From Candidatus Xenobia bacterium (GTDB taxonomy: Bacteria; Vulcanimicrobiota; Xenobia; Xenobiales; QWHO01), in contig BTUM01000013.1 of the NCBI GenBank assembly GCA_045863235.1, positions 32,001-96,000 on the forward strand: 64,000 nucleotides of DNA. Reading direction: 5' to 3'. Of this stretch, positions 47,960-59,711 are shown one piece after another. Position numbers and translations under genes: made by a program. Under the pieces are notes generated by a model. That model was not told where the DNA came from. It did not search any database and was given only the letters and a program-made list of their open reading frames with translations. Each line of letters opens with the position of its first letter. Position 1 is the stretch's first letter.

Positions 47960-50683
47960 ATGGCCTTTTGGAACAAGTTGTTCGGTCGCGCGCAAGCGGG
48001 GGAAGCGGAGGGCGCTCCCACTGCTCCGGCGCCGCCCGTTCCCGTTCCCGAGCCTTCGCCTGCCCCTCCCCCCGTCGTGCCGGCGACCCTGCCCGTTCAC
48101 GAGATGGGCGAGCTTCTGCGGGGGCTCACCCAGGAGAAGCGCACGCTGCACTCGGTGCTGCTGAACCTGGCCCGCTCGGCCCGGCCCGAGCTGGCGGCCC
48201 GTCTCGAGGGCCTCTCGCCGGCCGACGTGGTGCTGGATGCCGAAAGCCAGGTCTCGGTGCACGAGTTGGCCATGCAGCTGCGCTTTCAGGCCAACACGGT
48301 GGCTGCTTTTGCGCTGTTGGCCCGGGCCAGCCGCGACGCTCTGAGCGACTGGAGGGTCGAGCCGGCCGATCTGGGTCTGGTCCAGGACGCCTTCGGAGGC
48401 TCGGGCGAGAGCGAATTTGCCCGTACTATGGCCGGTTTGCGCACCCGGCGCACGGCTCTGGACGTGCTCGAGGATTTGGCCCGCGACAGCGGCAACGAGC
48501 GCGTGCGGGCCTTTGCCAGGAAGCTGCGCGAGGTGCATCCGACGGGCCACTTCCGGGTCAACGACGAGCAGACGGCCCTGACCGGCCTGCTGGTGGATCG
48601 GGGTAAGCCGATGAACCCCCACACCATGATGGCCATCTGCCTGTTCGTGGACACCGACGCGGGTTTGCTCGGGCCCGAGATGCTGCCGGAGCTGGTCGAG
48701 CACGCCGACACGGTGGATACTTCGCTGTACGCCATGGTGGCGGCCGCGCAGGCTTTCGGGCTACCGCTGGTGGCGCTGGCTCTGGACGAGACCCTGCCAG
48801 CCGAGAGTGCCGACTTTCTGGCCGAGCTGACGCGAGCCACAGCCAGCAGCCTGATCGCCTGCTACCGCCGTCAGGGCAGCCCCGGTCGCTGGTGGGAGCG
48901 GCTGGCCGACCCCGCGGACGCAGCCCGAGTCGAGCTCGAATACGAGCTGGAGTTCTCAGGGCTGGTCATGCTCTCTCCCCCCGATCCGGTCAGTGGGCCG
49001 CAGGTGCTGGGCCGTCAGGGCGATTTCTGGACGGTGCACTCGGGGCAGGGGATGGCGGTGCAGCGGCCCGAGGTCTTTCCAGCCCGGCTGCGTGAGCTGG
49101 AGAGCTCCAGCCTGGTGCGCTTCGATCCGGCCGAGCCGGAGCGGTACCTTCTGCGCTCGCGGCTGGTGCACGCTGTGCACGAGGCGGTGCGTCCGGTGCA
49201 GAGAGAGTCCTTGCGGGCCAATCCCGAGCTGCTCACGAATCTGCTCCGCTTTCTTCGCACCGACCGGGCCCATTCGCTGCTCGAAGGTCTGGTCCACAAG
49301 GACACCCTCGAGGGCCTGTTGACTGTCCTGGAGGAAGATCGCACGCTGGATTTCCACTTCTACGCGCCATTGGCTCAGGCTCTGCGCACCGCCGAGCGCC
49401 TGGACTGGCTGGCTTTGCCGGTGATGCTGCGCCTGTGCGAGGATGACACGCTCAAGTTGCGGGGCGCCTACAAGCAGTTTGACGGAAAGCGCCTGGCCAC
49501 GCTGGTGCGCCAGCGTCTCTCCGACCAGCTTTTCTCGGAAGAGCCCGAGGTGCGCCTGACGGCCGCTCGTCTGCTGGCCACTCGCGAGGGTGCGGGCGAG
49601 GGCCAGACCCGCATCCTGGCCGAAGACATGCTGGCCAGCGTGCTGCAAGAGCCCGATCCGGTTCTGGTCGCCGCCGCCACCGAGGGATTGGTTCGGTTGG
49701 TGCTGCTGGAGGATCTGCCGGGCCTGGTAGAGGTGGGAGCCAGCACGCTGCAGCCTCCCCAGGAAGACCTGCTCGACCGCGACGAGGTGGCGCGACAGCT
49801 CGAGCAGATCCGGGTGTGGGTCTCGGAGCTGGCTCGTAAGGACGAGCTCGAGCCGCTGAAGCTGCCGTTTACCGACCAGCAAGGTCACGTCCTGGACGAG
49901 CTGGCCCTGCCGCTGGCCGAGACCCTGGCGGCCGCCCAGCAGGGATGCCGGTCCGATCGCAGCCACCTCGACCACGTGTATCTTGCAGTGGTGAGCGAGG
50001 CCGAGGTGAGGGAAACCGGCCTGGAGCTGGTCGAGGGTTTCCGGAAGCTGGCCCGCAGCGAGAAGAAGTCGCTGTACCAGCTCATGCGCGAGGGTGCCGA
50101 GCGGGTTCAGCTCTACCACCGATCGTGGTTGGAGGAGTCGTCCCGGCCCCCGGTGCTGGGCGGCTGGCACGGGCCGTATACAGTGTTTCACCAGGGCCCG
50201 GGCCAGGAAGTGGGCGTCTTCATCGAGCCCGGCAAGCCCTCGCCGCTCTTTTTGGAGCTGGTCGAGCGCCAGCGTCGCGCCGCCGAGGTGCGGGTGGTGC
50301 GGCTGGTGGAGGAGGGAGCCAGGCCGCCTCGGGGGATGGATGTCATCGAGCACTCCTATCGCACCGATCGTGCTTTCGAGCCGCGACAGATCCAGCTCTT
50401 GCAGGTGCGTTCGGCCCGCTTCGTGCCGCTGGTGATGGAGCTCTACGCCTTCCTGCCTTCCGATCTGACCCCGCCCGAACGTCCGCTGGTGGCGGCCCTG
50501 CTCGACCTTTATCAGAACAAGCGCACTGGCACTCTGTGGGAGAACGCCCTGCAGAGCGAGGTTGAAGTTTCGGTGGAGCGGCCTGGTCGCGAAGCCCTCA
50601 AGCCTCGCCTGAACCGCCTCAGCCAGCGCTTTGGACTGCCCGAGGGGGCCCTGGCGGGCATTCAGGTTCCGGGTTTCGACTGA
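47960..50683 (+). CDS. Large hypothetical helical protein (HEAT-like segment)
   Basis: 907-aa ORF with coding-type usage; SEEPEVRLTAARLL. Confidence 0.7.
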   Translation: MAFWNKLFGRAQAGEAEGAPTAPAPPVPVPEPSPAPPPVVPATLPVHEMGELLRGLTQEKRTLHSVLLNLARSARPELAARLEGLSPADVVLDAESQVSVHELAMQLRFQANTVAAFALLARASRDALSDWRVEPADLGLVQDAFGGSGESEFARTMAGLRTRRTALDVLEDLARDSGNERVRAFARKLREVHPTGHFRVNDEQTALTGLLVDRGKPMNPHTMMAICLFVDTDAGLLGPEMLPELVEHADTVDTSLYAMVAAAQAFGLPLVALALDETLPAESADFLAELTRATASSLIACYRRQGSPGRWWERLADPADAARVELEYELEFSGLVMLSPPDPVSGPQVLGRQGDFWTVHSGQGMAVQRPEVFPARLRELESSSLVRFDPAEPERYLLRSRLVHAVHEAVRPVQRESLRANPELLTNLLRFLRTDRAHSLLEGLVHKDTLEGLLTVLEEDRTLDFHFYAPLAQALRTAERLDWLALPVMLRLCEDDTLKLRGAYKQFDGKRLATLVRQRLSDQLFSEEPEVRLTAARLLATREGAGEGQTRILAEDMLASVLQEPDPVLVAAATEGLVRLVLLEDLPGLVEVGASTLQPPQEDLLDRDEVARQLEQIRVWVSELARKDELEPLKLPFTDQQGHVLDELALPLAETLAAAQQGCRSDRSHLDHVYLAVVSEAEVRETGLELVEGFRKLARSEKKSLYQLMREGAERVQLYHRSWLEESSRPPVLGGWHGPYTVFHQGPGQEVGVFIEPGKPSPLFLELVERQRRAAEVRVVRLVEEGARPPRGMDVIEHSYRTDRAFEPRQIQLLQVRSARFVPLVMELYAFLPSDLTPPERPLVAALLDLYQNKRTGTLWENALQSEVEVSVERPGREALKPRLNRLSQRFGLPEGALAGIQVPGFD

Positions 50684-50754
50684 GAAGTCGGTTTCGCGCA
50701 AGGCCTTTGGTAGGCACTGGACAACGCCCTGGAACGCAGTTCCCGGGTTACACT

Positions 50755-50791
50755 CCGCGCGTTGACCTGTTCAAAATGAGAACGCGCGCGG
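50755..50791. repeat. Intergenic hairpin element, copy 1
   Basis: CCGCGCG-TTGACCTGTTCAAAATGAGAA-CGCGCGCGG; matches 52473-52506. Confidence 0.75.
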
Positions 50792-50823
50792 CGCCTTGAT
50801 TGCATGACCAGAGTGCGAGCACA

Positions 50824-51933
50824 TTAGCGACGCTCGATGACCACCACGTGCATATGGTCGCCGGTCTTGTATTTGCTGGTGCGCACGTACTCGTTAAAGG
50901 GCTTGAAGCCCGACTGCCAGGAGAGCTCCTCCACCAGCTTGGATTCCTCGCGGGTCAGGTTCTCGACCACGAAGTCCACCGCCAGGCCGTTCTTGTGGGC
51001 CGGGTCGGTGTGTCGCCCGGCCGTGGTGGAGGTGATGCGCACCTCGCGGTCCGGGAAGTGCTCGGCCAGCTTCTCCTCCAGGCGGGCGTAGGCCAGAGCG
51101 GTGGAGGGCTTCATCTTGTAGCCCTTGAAGCGCACCATGAGACTGGGTTTCTTCTGGACCAGCTCGACCATCTTGGGGTCGTCCTTGCTGGTGTCCAGCT
51201 CCACCACCACCCGGGCAGGGTTGCCCAGCCGGACGTCCTCCCCCAGCAACGCCCGCTGCTCGGGCGGCATGGCCGCGGCCTGGTCGGCCGAGACCAGGGT
51301 TCCGGTATCCTTCCAACGCCCCTGGTTGAAGAGCTGGCCGCCTACGGGGCGGTGCCCGAAGCGGCGCGTGCCATCCGGTTCGGTCCCGTAGGAGCGCTGG
51401 GTATCCACCAGCTCGCCCGGCACGGCCTTGCCCACGGCCGGGTGGATCAGCACCTGCTCGGCGTCGCCACTCTTGATCTCCTCGAGCTTGATGCCCACCC
51501 GGGTGGCAAAGGCTTTCTGCTGGGCCGCGGGCATGGCTGCGAACTGGTCGGCCGTGACGGCGGTGTGGGTGTCGGCCCAGTTGCCGGCCCGGTCAAACCA
51601 TGCTCCGCCTCGCATCTCGTGGCCGAAGGAGCGCCATCCCCGGGCGTGGGCGGGGCTGAGACCGTTGTCCAGCGTGGTGGCCGTATCGATCTTGGCGACG
51701 GCCCGCGCGTCCACTTCCTCCACCGGTTTCTCCTGGGCCACGGCCAGGGCTGGAACCAGGCTGGCAAAGGCCAGCAGCCCCAGGGCCGCGGTCCGTCGTA
51801 GCCCGCTCAGCGAGCTGTCCTCGGTTTCGTCCTGGGGGGCGGGGAGGGGGATGTCGACGCTCTCGCCGGGCACCACGGGCTCGCGAGAGCCGGGGGGCGG
51901 GGAATAGGGATTCAGACCCAGAGGCTGGAGCAT
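50824..51933 (-). CDS. Hypothetical exported protein with internal duplication and C-terminal M15-like Zn peptidase domain
   Basis: ITST..GRH....H..GLAVDF...HMHV; hydrophobic AVA segment. Confidence 0.6.
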   Translation of the reverse strand: MLQPLGLNPYSPPPGSREPVVPGESVDIPLPAPQDETEDSSLSGLRRTAALGLLAFASLVPALAVAQEKPVEEVDARAVAKIDTATTLDNGLSPAHARGWRSFGHEMRGGAWFDRAGNWADTHTAVTADQFAAMPAAQQKAFATRVGIKLEEIKSGDAEQVLIHPAVGKAVPGELVDTQRSYGTEPDGTRRFGHRPVGGQLFNQGRWKDTGTLVSADQAAAMPPEQRALLGEDVRLGNPARVVVELDTSKDDPKMVELVQKKPSLMVRFKGYKMKPSTALAYARLEEKLAEHFPDREVRITSTTAGRHTDPAHKNGLAVDFVVENLTREESKLVEELSWQSGFKPFNEYVRTSKYKTGDHMHVVVIERR

Positions 51934-51959
51934 ATCGTGCCCAGCTTAACCGACGACCC

Positions 51960-52424
51960 TTAAAGAGTGTTGATACTGTAAGCCACCTGAGTGTAGTAGC
52001 TGCCCGTCAAGACGGCTACCAGCAAGGCCAGCACCAGCGGCCAGGCGAGGTAGGCGGCCACCGCAAACAACTGCCTCAACTGGGCCACGCCGTGCATCAG
52101 GTGGGAGATGTCGCTCCCCTCGGTGCAGACGATCTGCACGAAGTCCGCCGAGGCCTTCTTGAGGTAGAGCCCCAGGAACATGATGACGAAGGCTGCAAAA
52201 ACCGACAGGATGACGGGAAAGAGCACCGGCAGGCCGCTGGTGGTGCCGGCCAGTTGCAGAGCCAGGAAGCAGCCGTAAATGACGTAGAGCGCCCCGCCCA
52301 TGAAGAGTGAGTAGGAAAGAATGCGCATGTTGCGCGTGAGGGACACGAAGAGCTTGTTTTCCTCTTCATTGAACTCGTAGTTTGCCGTCTTTACGGTGGT
52401 TTCGGTCGTGGTTTCGTCAGCCAA
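51960..52424 (-). CDS. Hypothetical membrane protein (3 TM)
   Basis: YEFNEEEN...; IVCTEGSDISHLM; TTG start after GGAGGAG. Confidence 0.7.
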   Translation of the reverse strand: MADETTTETTVKTANYEFNEEENKLFVSLTRNMRILSYSLFMGGALYVIYGCFLALQLAGTTSGLPVLFPVILSVFAAFVIMFLGLYLKKASADFVQIVCTEGSDISHLMHGVAQLRQLFAVAAYLAWPLVLALLVAVLTGSYYTQVAYSINTL

Positions 52425-52470
52425 GGTCGTTTGAACGCTCCTCCCCGGAAATCCCCTTGGGGTTCTACAG

Positions 52471-52509
52471 TCCCGCGCGTTGACCTGTTCAGAATCAGAT
52501 CGCGCGGGA
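52471..52509. repeat. Intergenic hairpin element, copy 2
   Basis: TCCCGCGCG-TTGACCTGTTCAGAATCAGAT-CGCGCGGGA. Confidence 0.75.
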
Positions 52510-52558
52510 TTGTGGACAATCTGTTGAACGGCGCCGCGCAAATTCCTGAAGCGCCGCC

Positions 52559-54503
52559 TTACAAGCTTGTTTTGACTCCCCCCAGACGGTAGGCGAGCAT
52601 GTAGGGGACCAGGATCAGGCAGAGCAGCACCAGTCCGTAGGCCGAAGCTTCGAAGATGCGCCCGTTGGTGATGGCGTGGAAGACGAACATGCCGGCCGGA
52701 TACGACTTGGGCGGGCAGATCATCATGGTGATGGCTACGTCCTGCATCATGGAGATGAAGGCCATGATCCCGCCCGCCAGCAGGCCAGGCAACACCAGGG
52801 GCACGGTCACCTTCCACAAGGTCAGGCCGGCGGGGGCGCCCATCGTCTTGCTCGCTTCCTCCATCGAGATGCCGATCTGCTGGAAGGAAGCCAGGGTGGA
52901 GCGCACCCCGTAGGGCATGCGGGTGACGATGTAGGCGATGATCACCAGCGTCACCGTGAAGTGGAGAGGCAGGGGGGGATTGTTGAACGCCCCGATCAGA
53001 GCCACGGCGAAGGCCACGCCGGGCACCACGAAGGGCAGGGCTACGGCGAAGTCGAGCAGGTGGCGGCTCCAATGACGGCTGCGCGAGATCAGGTAGGCCA
53101 CCGTGAAGGAGAGGACCAGGGCTCCGCCCAGGGCCGGCAGCACCAGCTTGAAGCTGTTGACCAGGGGCGAGTTGGGCCGCATCAGGTCGGCGAAGATGTG
53201 CTGGTAGCGGGCGAAGGTGTAGTGGGTGGGGAAGGTCTCCGCGCCCCAACCGGCGGCCAGCGAGATGAGGCCCATGGTGGCCAGCAGGGCGGCCGGCACC
53301 GAGAGGACGGCCAGGCACCAGAGCAGCGCCCCGTAGCGCACCAGGGGCGATTTGGAGAGCCCTCCGGAGGCGCCCGAGCGACCCGTCACGGTCTGGAAAC
53401 TTCCCCGCTCCACGAAGTACTTCTGCAGGGCCAGAAGCAGCAAGATGGTGAGGATCATCAGGGTGCTGAGCATGGAGGCTCCCCCCCAGTAGGTGGAGCC
53501 GGACTGGTCGCGATAAGCCTCCAGCACGATCAGGCGGTAGCTGGTCGGCACCAGCAGCTCCAGGGTGCCGAAGTCGCCGAACGAGCGGATGAAAACCAGC
53601 AGCGCCCCGGCCGAGATGCCGGGGAGGATGACCGGCAGGCTGACCGTCCAGAGGGTGAAGTTGCGCCGCGCTCCCATCACCTCGGCGGCTTCGCCCAGGC
53701 TGGGGTCCATGCGGTCCAGGGCGGCGGCGGTGGTCAGCATGACCAGGGGAAACTCCAGGAAGGCCTGCACGCAACCGGCCGAGAGCACTGACTGGGAGGC
53801 AAAGGGGTGAACCAGGCCGACGGCCTCCATCAGGTTGGTCACGATGCCGGCGTCGCCCATCAAGATCTTGAAGGAGAGCGCGGCCAGGAAGGATGGGATG
53901 GCCAGCGGCACCACGCACAGCAACCGGACCCAGTGCCGGCCCGGCATGGTGGTGCGGGTCAGGCAGAAGGCCACGCTGACGCCCAGGGCGGTGGCCGCCA
54001 GGCTCACCAGGGGGCTGAACCCGAAGGCGTAGAGCAATCGCTCGCCCAGGTTGCCCTCCTTGAGCGCCAGGCACGCGAGCAGGGCGACCAGGAAGACCGA
54101 ACCCATGAGGGGCAGGCCCAGCCACTTGCGCTGGGCAGGCTTCAAGAGGGCCTGCACGGGCAAGCCCACCAGCCAGGAGAGCGAAGCCGCCAACGGGGCC
54201 ACGCCCACGCTGTTGAGCAGGCCCTCCCAGTAGCGCGGGTACTGGAAGAACTCGCTGTAGTACTTCAAGCCGGGCGGAGTCTGGCTCAGCTCCTTGAGAA
54301 GGCCCGGGAGGTCGAGCGTCAAGAGCAGTCCGGGCAGGTTGATCGGCTCGCCGGTGAAGCCCACCAGCACCAGGCCCAAGATGGGCAGGCCCAGGAAGAG
54401 CAGCAGAAAAAGGCTGACAGCCAGGACCAGCACGCCCCGCGTCCAGGCCGGCCGCACCAGCGGCACCACCACCAGGGCCAGGGCCATCAGGTAGAGCAGC
54501 AGC

Positions 54504-54511
<8 letters not shown>
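52559..54511 (-). CDS. ABC transporter permease (Fe3+/FbpB-like, two EAA repeats)
   Basis: LGEAAEVMGA and MEEASKTMGA; many TM helices. Confidence 0.9.
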
Positions 54512-55606
<1,095 letters not shown>

Positions 55607-55610
<4 letters not shown>

Positions 55611-56668
55611 TTGTCGATCTCCTCCACTTCGTTCTGCCAGCGCTTCTTGATGGGCTCGAGGTGCTCGGCCATCCAGTCCGGCTCCAGGCGCATGGCCCGG
55701 CTGATGAACTCGTCGTAAGTGAGGCCCTTGAGGCCTTTGGGGGGCGGGAAGCTGGGGTCGATGGTGAAGAACAGGCGGTTGACGATGGCCTGGCCTTCCT
55801 TGCCCACCACGAAGTCGATGAAGAGCTTGGCTTCCTCGGGGTTCTTGCAGCCCTTCACCAGGGCGATGGGGTCCACCGTGATGGGGCTGTCGGGAGGCAG
55901 CACCCAGCGGATGTTCTCGCGCTGCTCGCCCAGGTCCAGGCCAGCCGTCTGCTCTTCCAAGAATTCCAGCACCTGGTGCTCGAAGTGGATGCCCAGCTCG
56001 ACCTCGCCCCGGGCCACGCTGAAGGCCGGCTTGCCTTCCTTGGTGTAGCCCTTGAGGTTGACCCAGAAGGCCTTGAGGTAGTCCCAGCCGGCCTCCTCGC
56101 CTTTGTCTTCCTGGATGGCCCGCAGCAGGGCGGCGTTGAGGAAGAGCATGGCGGTGCCGCTCGAGGAGGGGTCCCACATCTCGATCTTGCCCTTCCAGCG
56201 CGGGTCGATGAAGTCGTTCCAGGTCTTGGGGGCCTGCTCGGGCGGAACCACCTGGGGGTTGAAGGCAAAGCCCAGCCCGATGACCGACATCCCCATCCAG
56301 TGCCAGTCTTTGTCGCGCAGCAAGAGGTTGCCTCGCCGCTCACCCATGCCCTCGTAGCCTTTAGGGATATAGGGCTCGAGCAGCCCCTCGCGGGTAGCGT
56401 CGATAAAGGGGATCATCCCGGCCGCTCCGTACCACACGTCGGCTCGCGGGTTCTCGCGCTCGGCCTTGATGCGGCCGTAGACCTTGGTGGTGCCCTCCAT
56501 GACCTGCTCCACCTCGATGTGGGGGTACTTCGCCTCGAAAGCCTCGGCCAGGGCGATGGCGGTGAGCTGGGGGAAGGGGGTGTAGACCACCACCCGCTTC
56601 TTGGGCGGGCCCTGGGAGCAGGCCGAGACCAGCGTCATGGCGAGGATCAGGAGGAGGGCGCGAAACAC
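55607..56668 (-). CDS. ABC transporter substrate-binding lipoprotein (Fe3+/AfuA-like)
   Basis: LVSAC lipobox; NPRADVW, PKTWND, DPSSSGT. Confidence 0.88.
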
Positions 56669-56724
56669 GCCCCGGCGATTCTGCGCCGGGCTCGCAAGGG
56701 CCTGCCCGGGTGGGACGATTCTGG

Positions 56725-57162
56725 TTATCCTTCCGCTTGAAGGGGGTTTCGCCACCTGAGCCCGGAGAAACGAGCAAAGTCGGCATCATTTGAGTGAATC
56801 TCAGCCTGGTACTCGATCGCGATGGCAGCCAGGTGCGCATCTGTGACCAGGTTCCCCCCCACACCCGCCTCTCGCAGGGCGCGCTCGAAGAGCTCGAGAT
56901 GACGAGGACCCGGGTCGAGCACCTCCACGCTGGCAAGGCTCAGCCAGGATCGGACGTGCTCGAGAGCCCGCCTGGGATCAAGCGGCTCGAGAAGCACCGC
57001 CGGGTGGGTCATCAGCCGCACGAACCCGCAGGTGACCGCCCACGGCAGCCCGATGGGCTGATCCCCGGAGAGCAAATCCTCCCACCAGCGCCGGGCCTTT
57101 TCGTGACCGGGGGCATCCGCGTTGTAGGCATAGACGAGCAGGTTCACGTCAGGGATGATCAC
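56725..57162 (-). CDS. vapC: VapC PIN-domain toxin
   Basis: MIIPDVNLLVYAY, DAHLAAIA, SNDADFARF. Confidence 0.92.
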   Translation of the reverse strand: MIIPDVNLLVYAYNADAPGHEKARRWWEDLLSGDQPIGLPWAVTCGFVRLMTHPAVLLEPLDPRRALEHVRSWLSLASVEVLDPGPRHLELFERALREAGVGGNLVTDAHLAAIAIEYQAEIHSNDADFARFSGLRWRNPLQAEG

Positions 57163-57425
57163 CGGTCCCCGCGTGCCTCGCGAGCAAAATCCTGGACTTC
57201 CAACTCGTCGAGCAGTTGATTCAGTCGGCCGGGATCGATGCCGGGGCGGAACCCACCGTGATGAGGCTTGACCTCAAATCGCGCTCTCCTGGCCGGCTCT
57301 TGCTGCGCGCTCAGGCCCCGTCGGATCAGCTCGTTCAGGGCCTGCTTGAATGACAGCTTCTCTCTGTGAGCATAACTCTTAAGTTTTTCAGCAACGTCGG
57401 GCTCGAGTGTTACGGTGGTTCTCAT
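57159..57425 (-). CDS. vapB: VapB antitoxin (RHH/CopG type)
   Basis: MRTTVTLEPDV...SFKQALNELIRRGL; GTGA overlap with vapC. Confidence 0.88.
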   Translation of the reverse strand: MRTTVTLEPDVAEKLKSYAHREKLSFKQALNELIRRGLSAQQEPARRARFEVKPHHGGFRPGIDPGRLNQLLDELEVQDFAREARGDR

Positions 57426-57460
57426 GGTGACATCATGAGGACAGAAGTCTCTGCTGTCAA
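57421..57460 (-). promoter_or_regulatory. vapBC promoter/operator (leaderless)
   Basis: TTGACA-17 nt-CATGAT-6 nt-ATG; palindrome CTCATGGTG-A-CATCATGAG over the start. Confidence 0.7.
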
Positions 57461-57579
57461 GATGCTCGCAGGCGCTCGGCTCCATTCCGCAGCTGTGACG
57501 CTCCTTCCCGCGCGCAAAGGGGGTCCGCGGGTAGAAACGAAATGGCTGGGCCCAGAGAACAAGAAGAGGAGGGCTGTCT

Positions 57580-58500
57580 GTGTCACAACACGTCCTGATT
57601 GTCGGGGGCGGCACGATGGGAGTGGGCATCATCGCGACCTTCCTCGCGGGTGGTTGGACGGTCGAGGTTGTCTCCCGCTCGAGTTCGACGCTGGAGAAGT
57701 TGCCGGGACAGGTTTCCCGGGCCTTGGGCGAGATGGGTAAGCCGGCCGACGTCGGCGCTTTGAGAACCTGCGCCGGCCTGGCCGAGGCCACGTGGTCCCG
57801 GATCGAGCTTGCGGTCGAGACGGTCACGGAGGATCTGGCCCTCAAACAGCGCCTGTTCGCCGAGATGGAGCAGCTGGCTCGACCCGAAATCGCGCTGACC
57901 TCGAACTCGTCCAGTTTTCCGATCAGCCGGATTGGCCAGGGCCTGAAAACGCAAAACCGCATGTTGGGCTTGCATTTCTTCATGCCGGCCAACCTGATTC
58001 CGCTGGTGGAGGTCGTCCGCTCGGCGCAGACCGATGTCGCTCTGGCCGAGAGGGTGGGTGATGTCATGAAGGCACTCGGCAAGCGTCCGGTTCAGGTGAA
58101 GAGGGACGTAATTGGGTTTCTGGCCAACCGGATGCAAGACGCCCTGATGCGCGAGGCTCTCTGGCTGATCGATCAGGACATCGCCTCGGCCGAAGACGTC
58201 GATGCGACGGTGCGCTTGAGCTTTGGTTTTCGCTATGCCGCCGCCGGTCCGATCATGCAGAAAGAGCACTCCGGTTGGGACACGACCTGTGCGGGCGCCA
58301 GGATGATCTGGCCGGATCTGTGCAATGCCTCGGAGCCGCCTGCGATGTTGGTGCGCCAGGTACAGGAAGGGCACCTTGGCTTCAAGACGGGGAGAGGCTT
58401 CTTCACCTGGGACGAGCCCTCGATCACACAGGAAAACGCCCGCTATGAGCGAGCCCTGCTCAAGTGCCTGGAGATCTTCCGCGAGGAGGGGATCGTCTAA
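57580..58500 (+). CDS. 3-hydroxyacyl-CoA dehydrogenase family protein
   Basis: VGGGTMG, ETVTEDLALK, SNSSS, LHFFMP, GFLANR. Confidence 0.92.
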   Translation: MSQHVLIVGGGTMGVGIIATFLAGGWTVEVVSRSSSTLEKLPGQVSRALGEMGKPADVGALRTCAGLAEATWSRIELAVETVTEDLALKQRLFAEMEQLARPEIALTSNSSSFPISRIGQGLKTQNRMLGLHFFMPANLIPLVEVVRSAQTDVALAERVGDVMKALGKRPVQVKRDVIGFLANRMQDALMREALWLIDQDIASAEDVDATVRLSFGFRYAAAGPIMQKEHSGWDTTCAGARMIWPDLCNASEPPAMLVRQVQEGHLGFKTGRGFFTWDEPSITQENARYERALLKCLEIFREEGIV

Positions 58501-58826
58501 TTGCTGGACGCCCTTCCAACTGGCCCGGCGTGTCCTTCTGAGCGCCAACTCGGCGCAGAAGAGGCAGCCTGGCGGCGGAAAGTTCGTCCTGCGCACCGCC
58601 ACGGATTTCCCCGCCGTCCCTACTGCATTGAAGGCTGGGTATCCATCTTTATGGATATGTCTGGATTGACCTTCAGTTGCTTGCTCGCGTGTTCTGATGG
58701 TCGAACTCGAAGAAGAACGACCAGATTGGTGATCTGGGGTACCGAACAAGCGTGCATTCGGGCACTGAGCGTGCCCGCATCGAGAGCTAGACTGGGAGCA
58801 TCCCAACGACACGGAGGTATCCCAGA

Positions 58827-59315
58827 ATGTGCCAACGACTCACCCTGATTGCCCTCTCCCTTGTGCTGCTGGCTTTGCCAGCGCCGGCCCAGACGCTGAA
58901 CATGGACTTCAGCTGGGGCATCCAGAGCCAGCAAGCGGCCTGGGACTACGGTCAGTGGGCCGCCGCCAACGCGGCTCAGAACTGGTATGACCAGGTGCAG
59001 GCTTACCGCCAGGCCACCGGCTACACGGGCTTCATCCCCGGGCCGGTTTCGCAAGCCCAGCTTCAGAGCTCGATTCGCGAGATGAACCAGGCTTTCGACC
59101 GCTACAACCAGCTCTACGATGAGACCCCCTCCTCGCGCTACGCTGAGCAGGCGATCATGAACCAGTCGACCTGGGTCAATCCTGGCACCGGCCAGGAGTA
59201 CTGGCTGCCCACCGACCACGATCAGTACAGCGTTAGCCCTGACGGCACGGTGTGGAGCGGGCCTTACGCACCGGGCGGCTCCACCCTGTGGACCCCGCTC
59301 ACTCCCGCCTGGTAG
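58827..59315 (+). CDS. Secreted hypothetical protein (Trp/Tyr/Gln-rich)
   Basis: GGAGG SD; signal peptide ending APA. Confidence 0.75.
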   Translation: MCQRLTLIALSLVLLALPAPAQTLNMDFSWGIQSQQAAWDYGQWAAANAAQNWYDQVQAYRQATGYTGFIPGPVSQAQLQSSIREMNQAFDRYNQLYDETPSSRYAEQAIMNQSTWVNPGTGQEYWLPTDHDQYSVSPDGTVWSGPYAPGGSTLWTPLTPAW

Positions 59316-59419
59316 CACACCCGGTTGGGGCGCCCAGATCGGGACATCCGCTCGAGCAGGGCGCCCCATTTCAGGGTGGTGGTCGCGCCCGAGCAAGGCG
59401 GGTTTATTCCTAGCCACGC

Positions 59420-59466
59420 TTGACTCGAGGATCCGTAGGTGACTATTATGACTATAATGACCAGAA
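59420..59466 (+). promoter_or_regulatory. phd-vapC promoter/operator
   Basis: TTGACT-18 nt-TATTAT; three 9-nt TGAC repeats over the start codon. Confidence 0.6.
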
Positions 59467-59711
59467 AAGAAACGTGGACCGTGGCCGAAGCCAAAGCCCA
59501 TCTGAGTGAACTGCTCGAGAGAGCTGCCAGCGAGCCACAGGTCATTACGCGCCGGGGGCGCCGCGCGGCAGTGGTCGTCTCAGTCGAGGAGTGGGAACGA
59601 AAAACCAGACGCGTGGGCAGTCTGGCCGAGTTTTTTGCCGGCTCACCCCTGCGCGAGGGACCGCTCGAGGTGGAGCGCTGGCCCGATCCGTTGCGCGAGC
59701 CCGAGTTGTGA
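59457..59711 (+). CDS. Phd/YefM family antitoxin
   Basis: WTVAEAKAHLSELLERA..EPQVITRRGR.AAVVVS. Confidence 0.92.
   Translation: MTRKETWTVAEAKAHLSELLERAASEPQVITRRGRRAAVVVSVEEWERKTRRVGSLAEFFAGSPLREGPLEVERWPDPLREPEL

Noticed and set aside
51960..54125. 721-aa ORF
   Set aside because: Upstream part is an off-frame overlap of the permease; only 51960-52424 looks like a real gene
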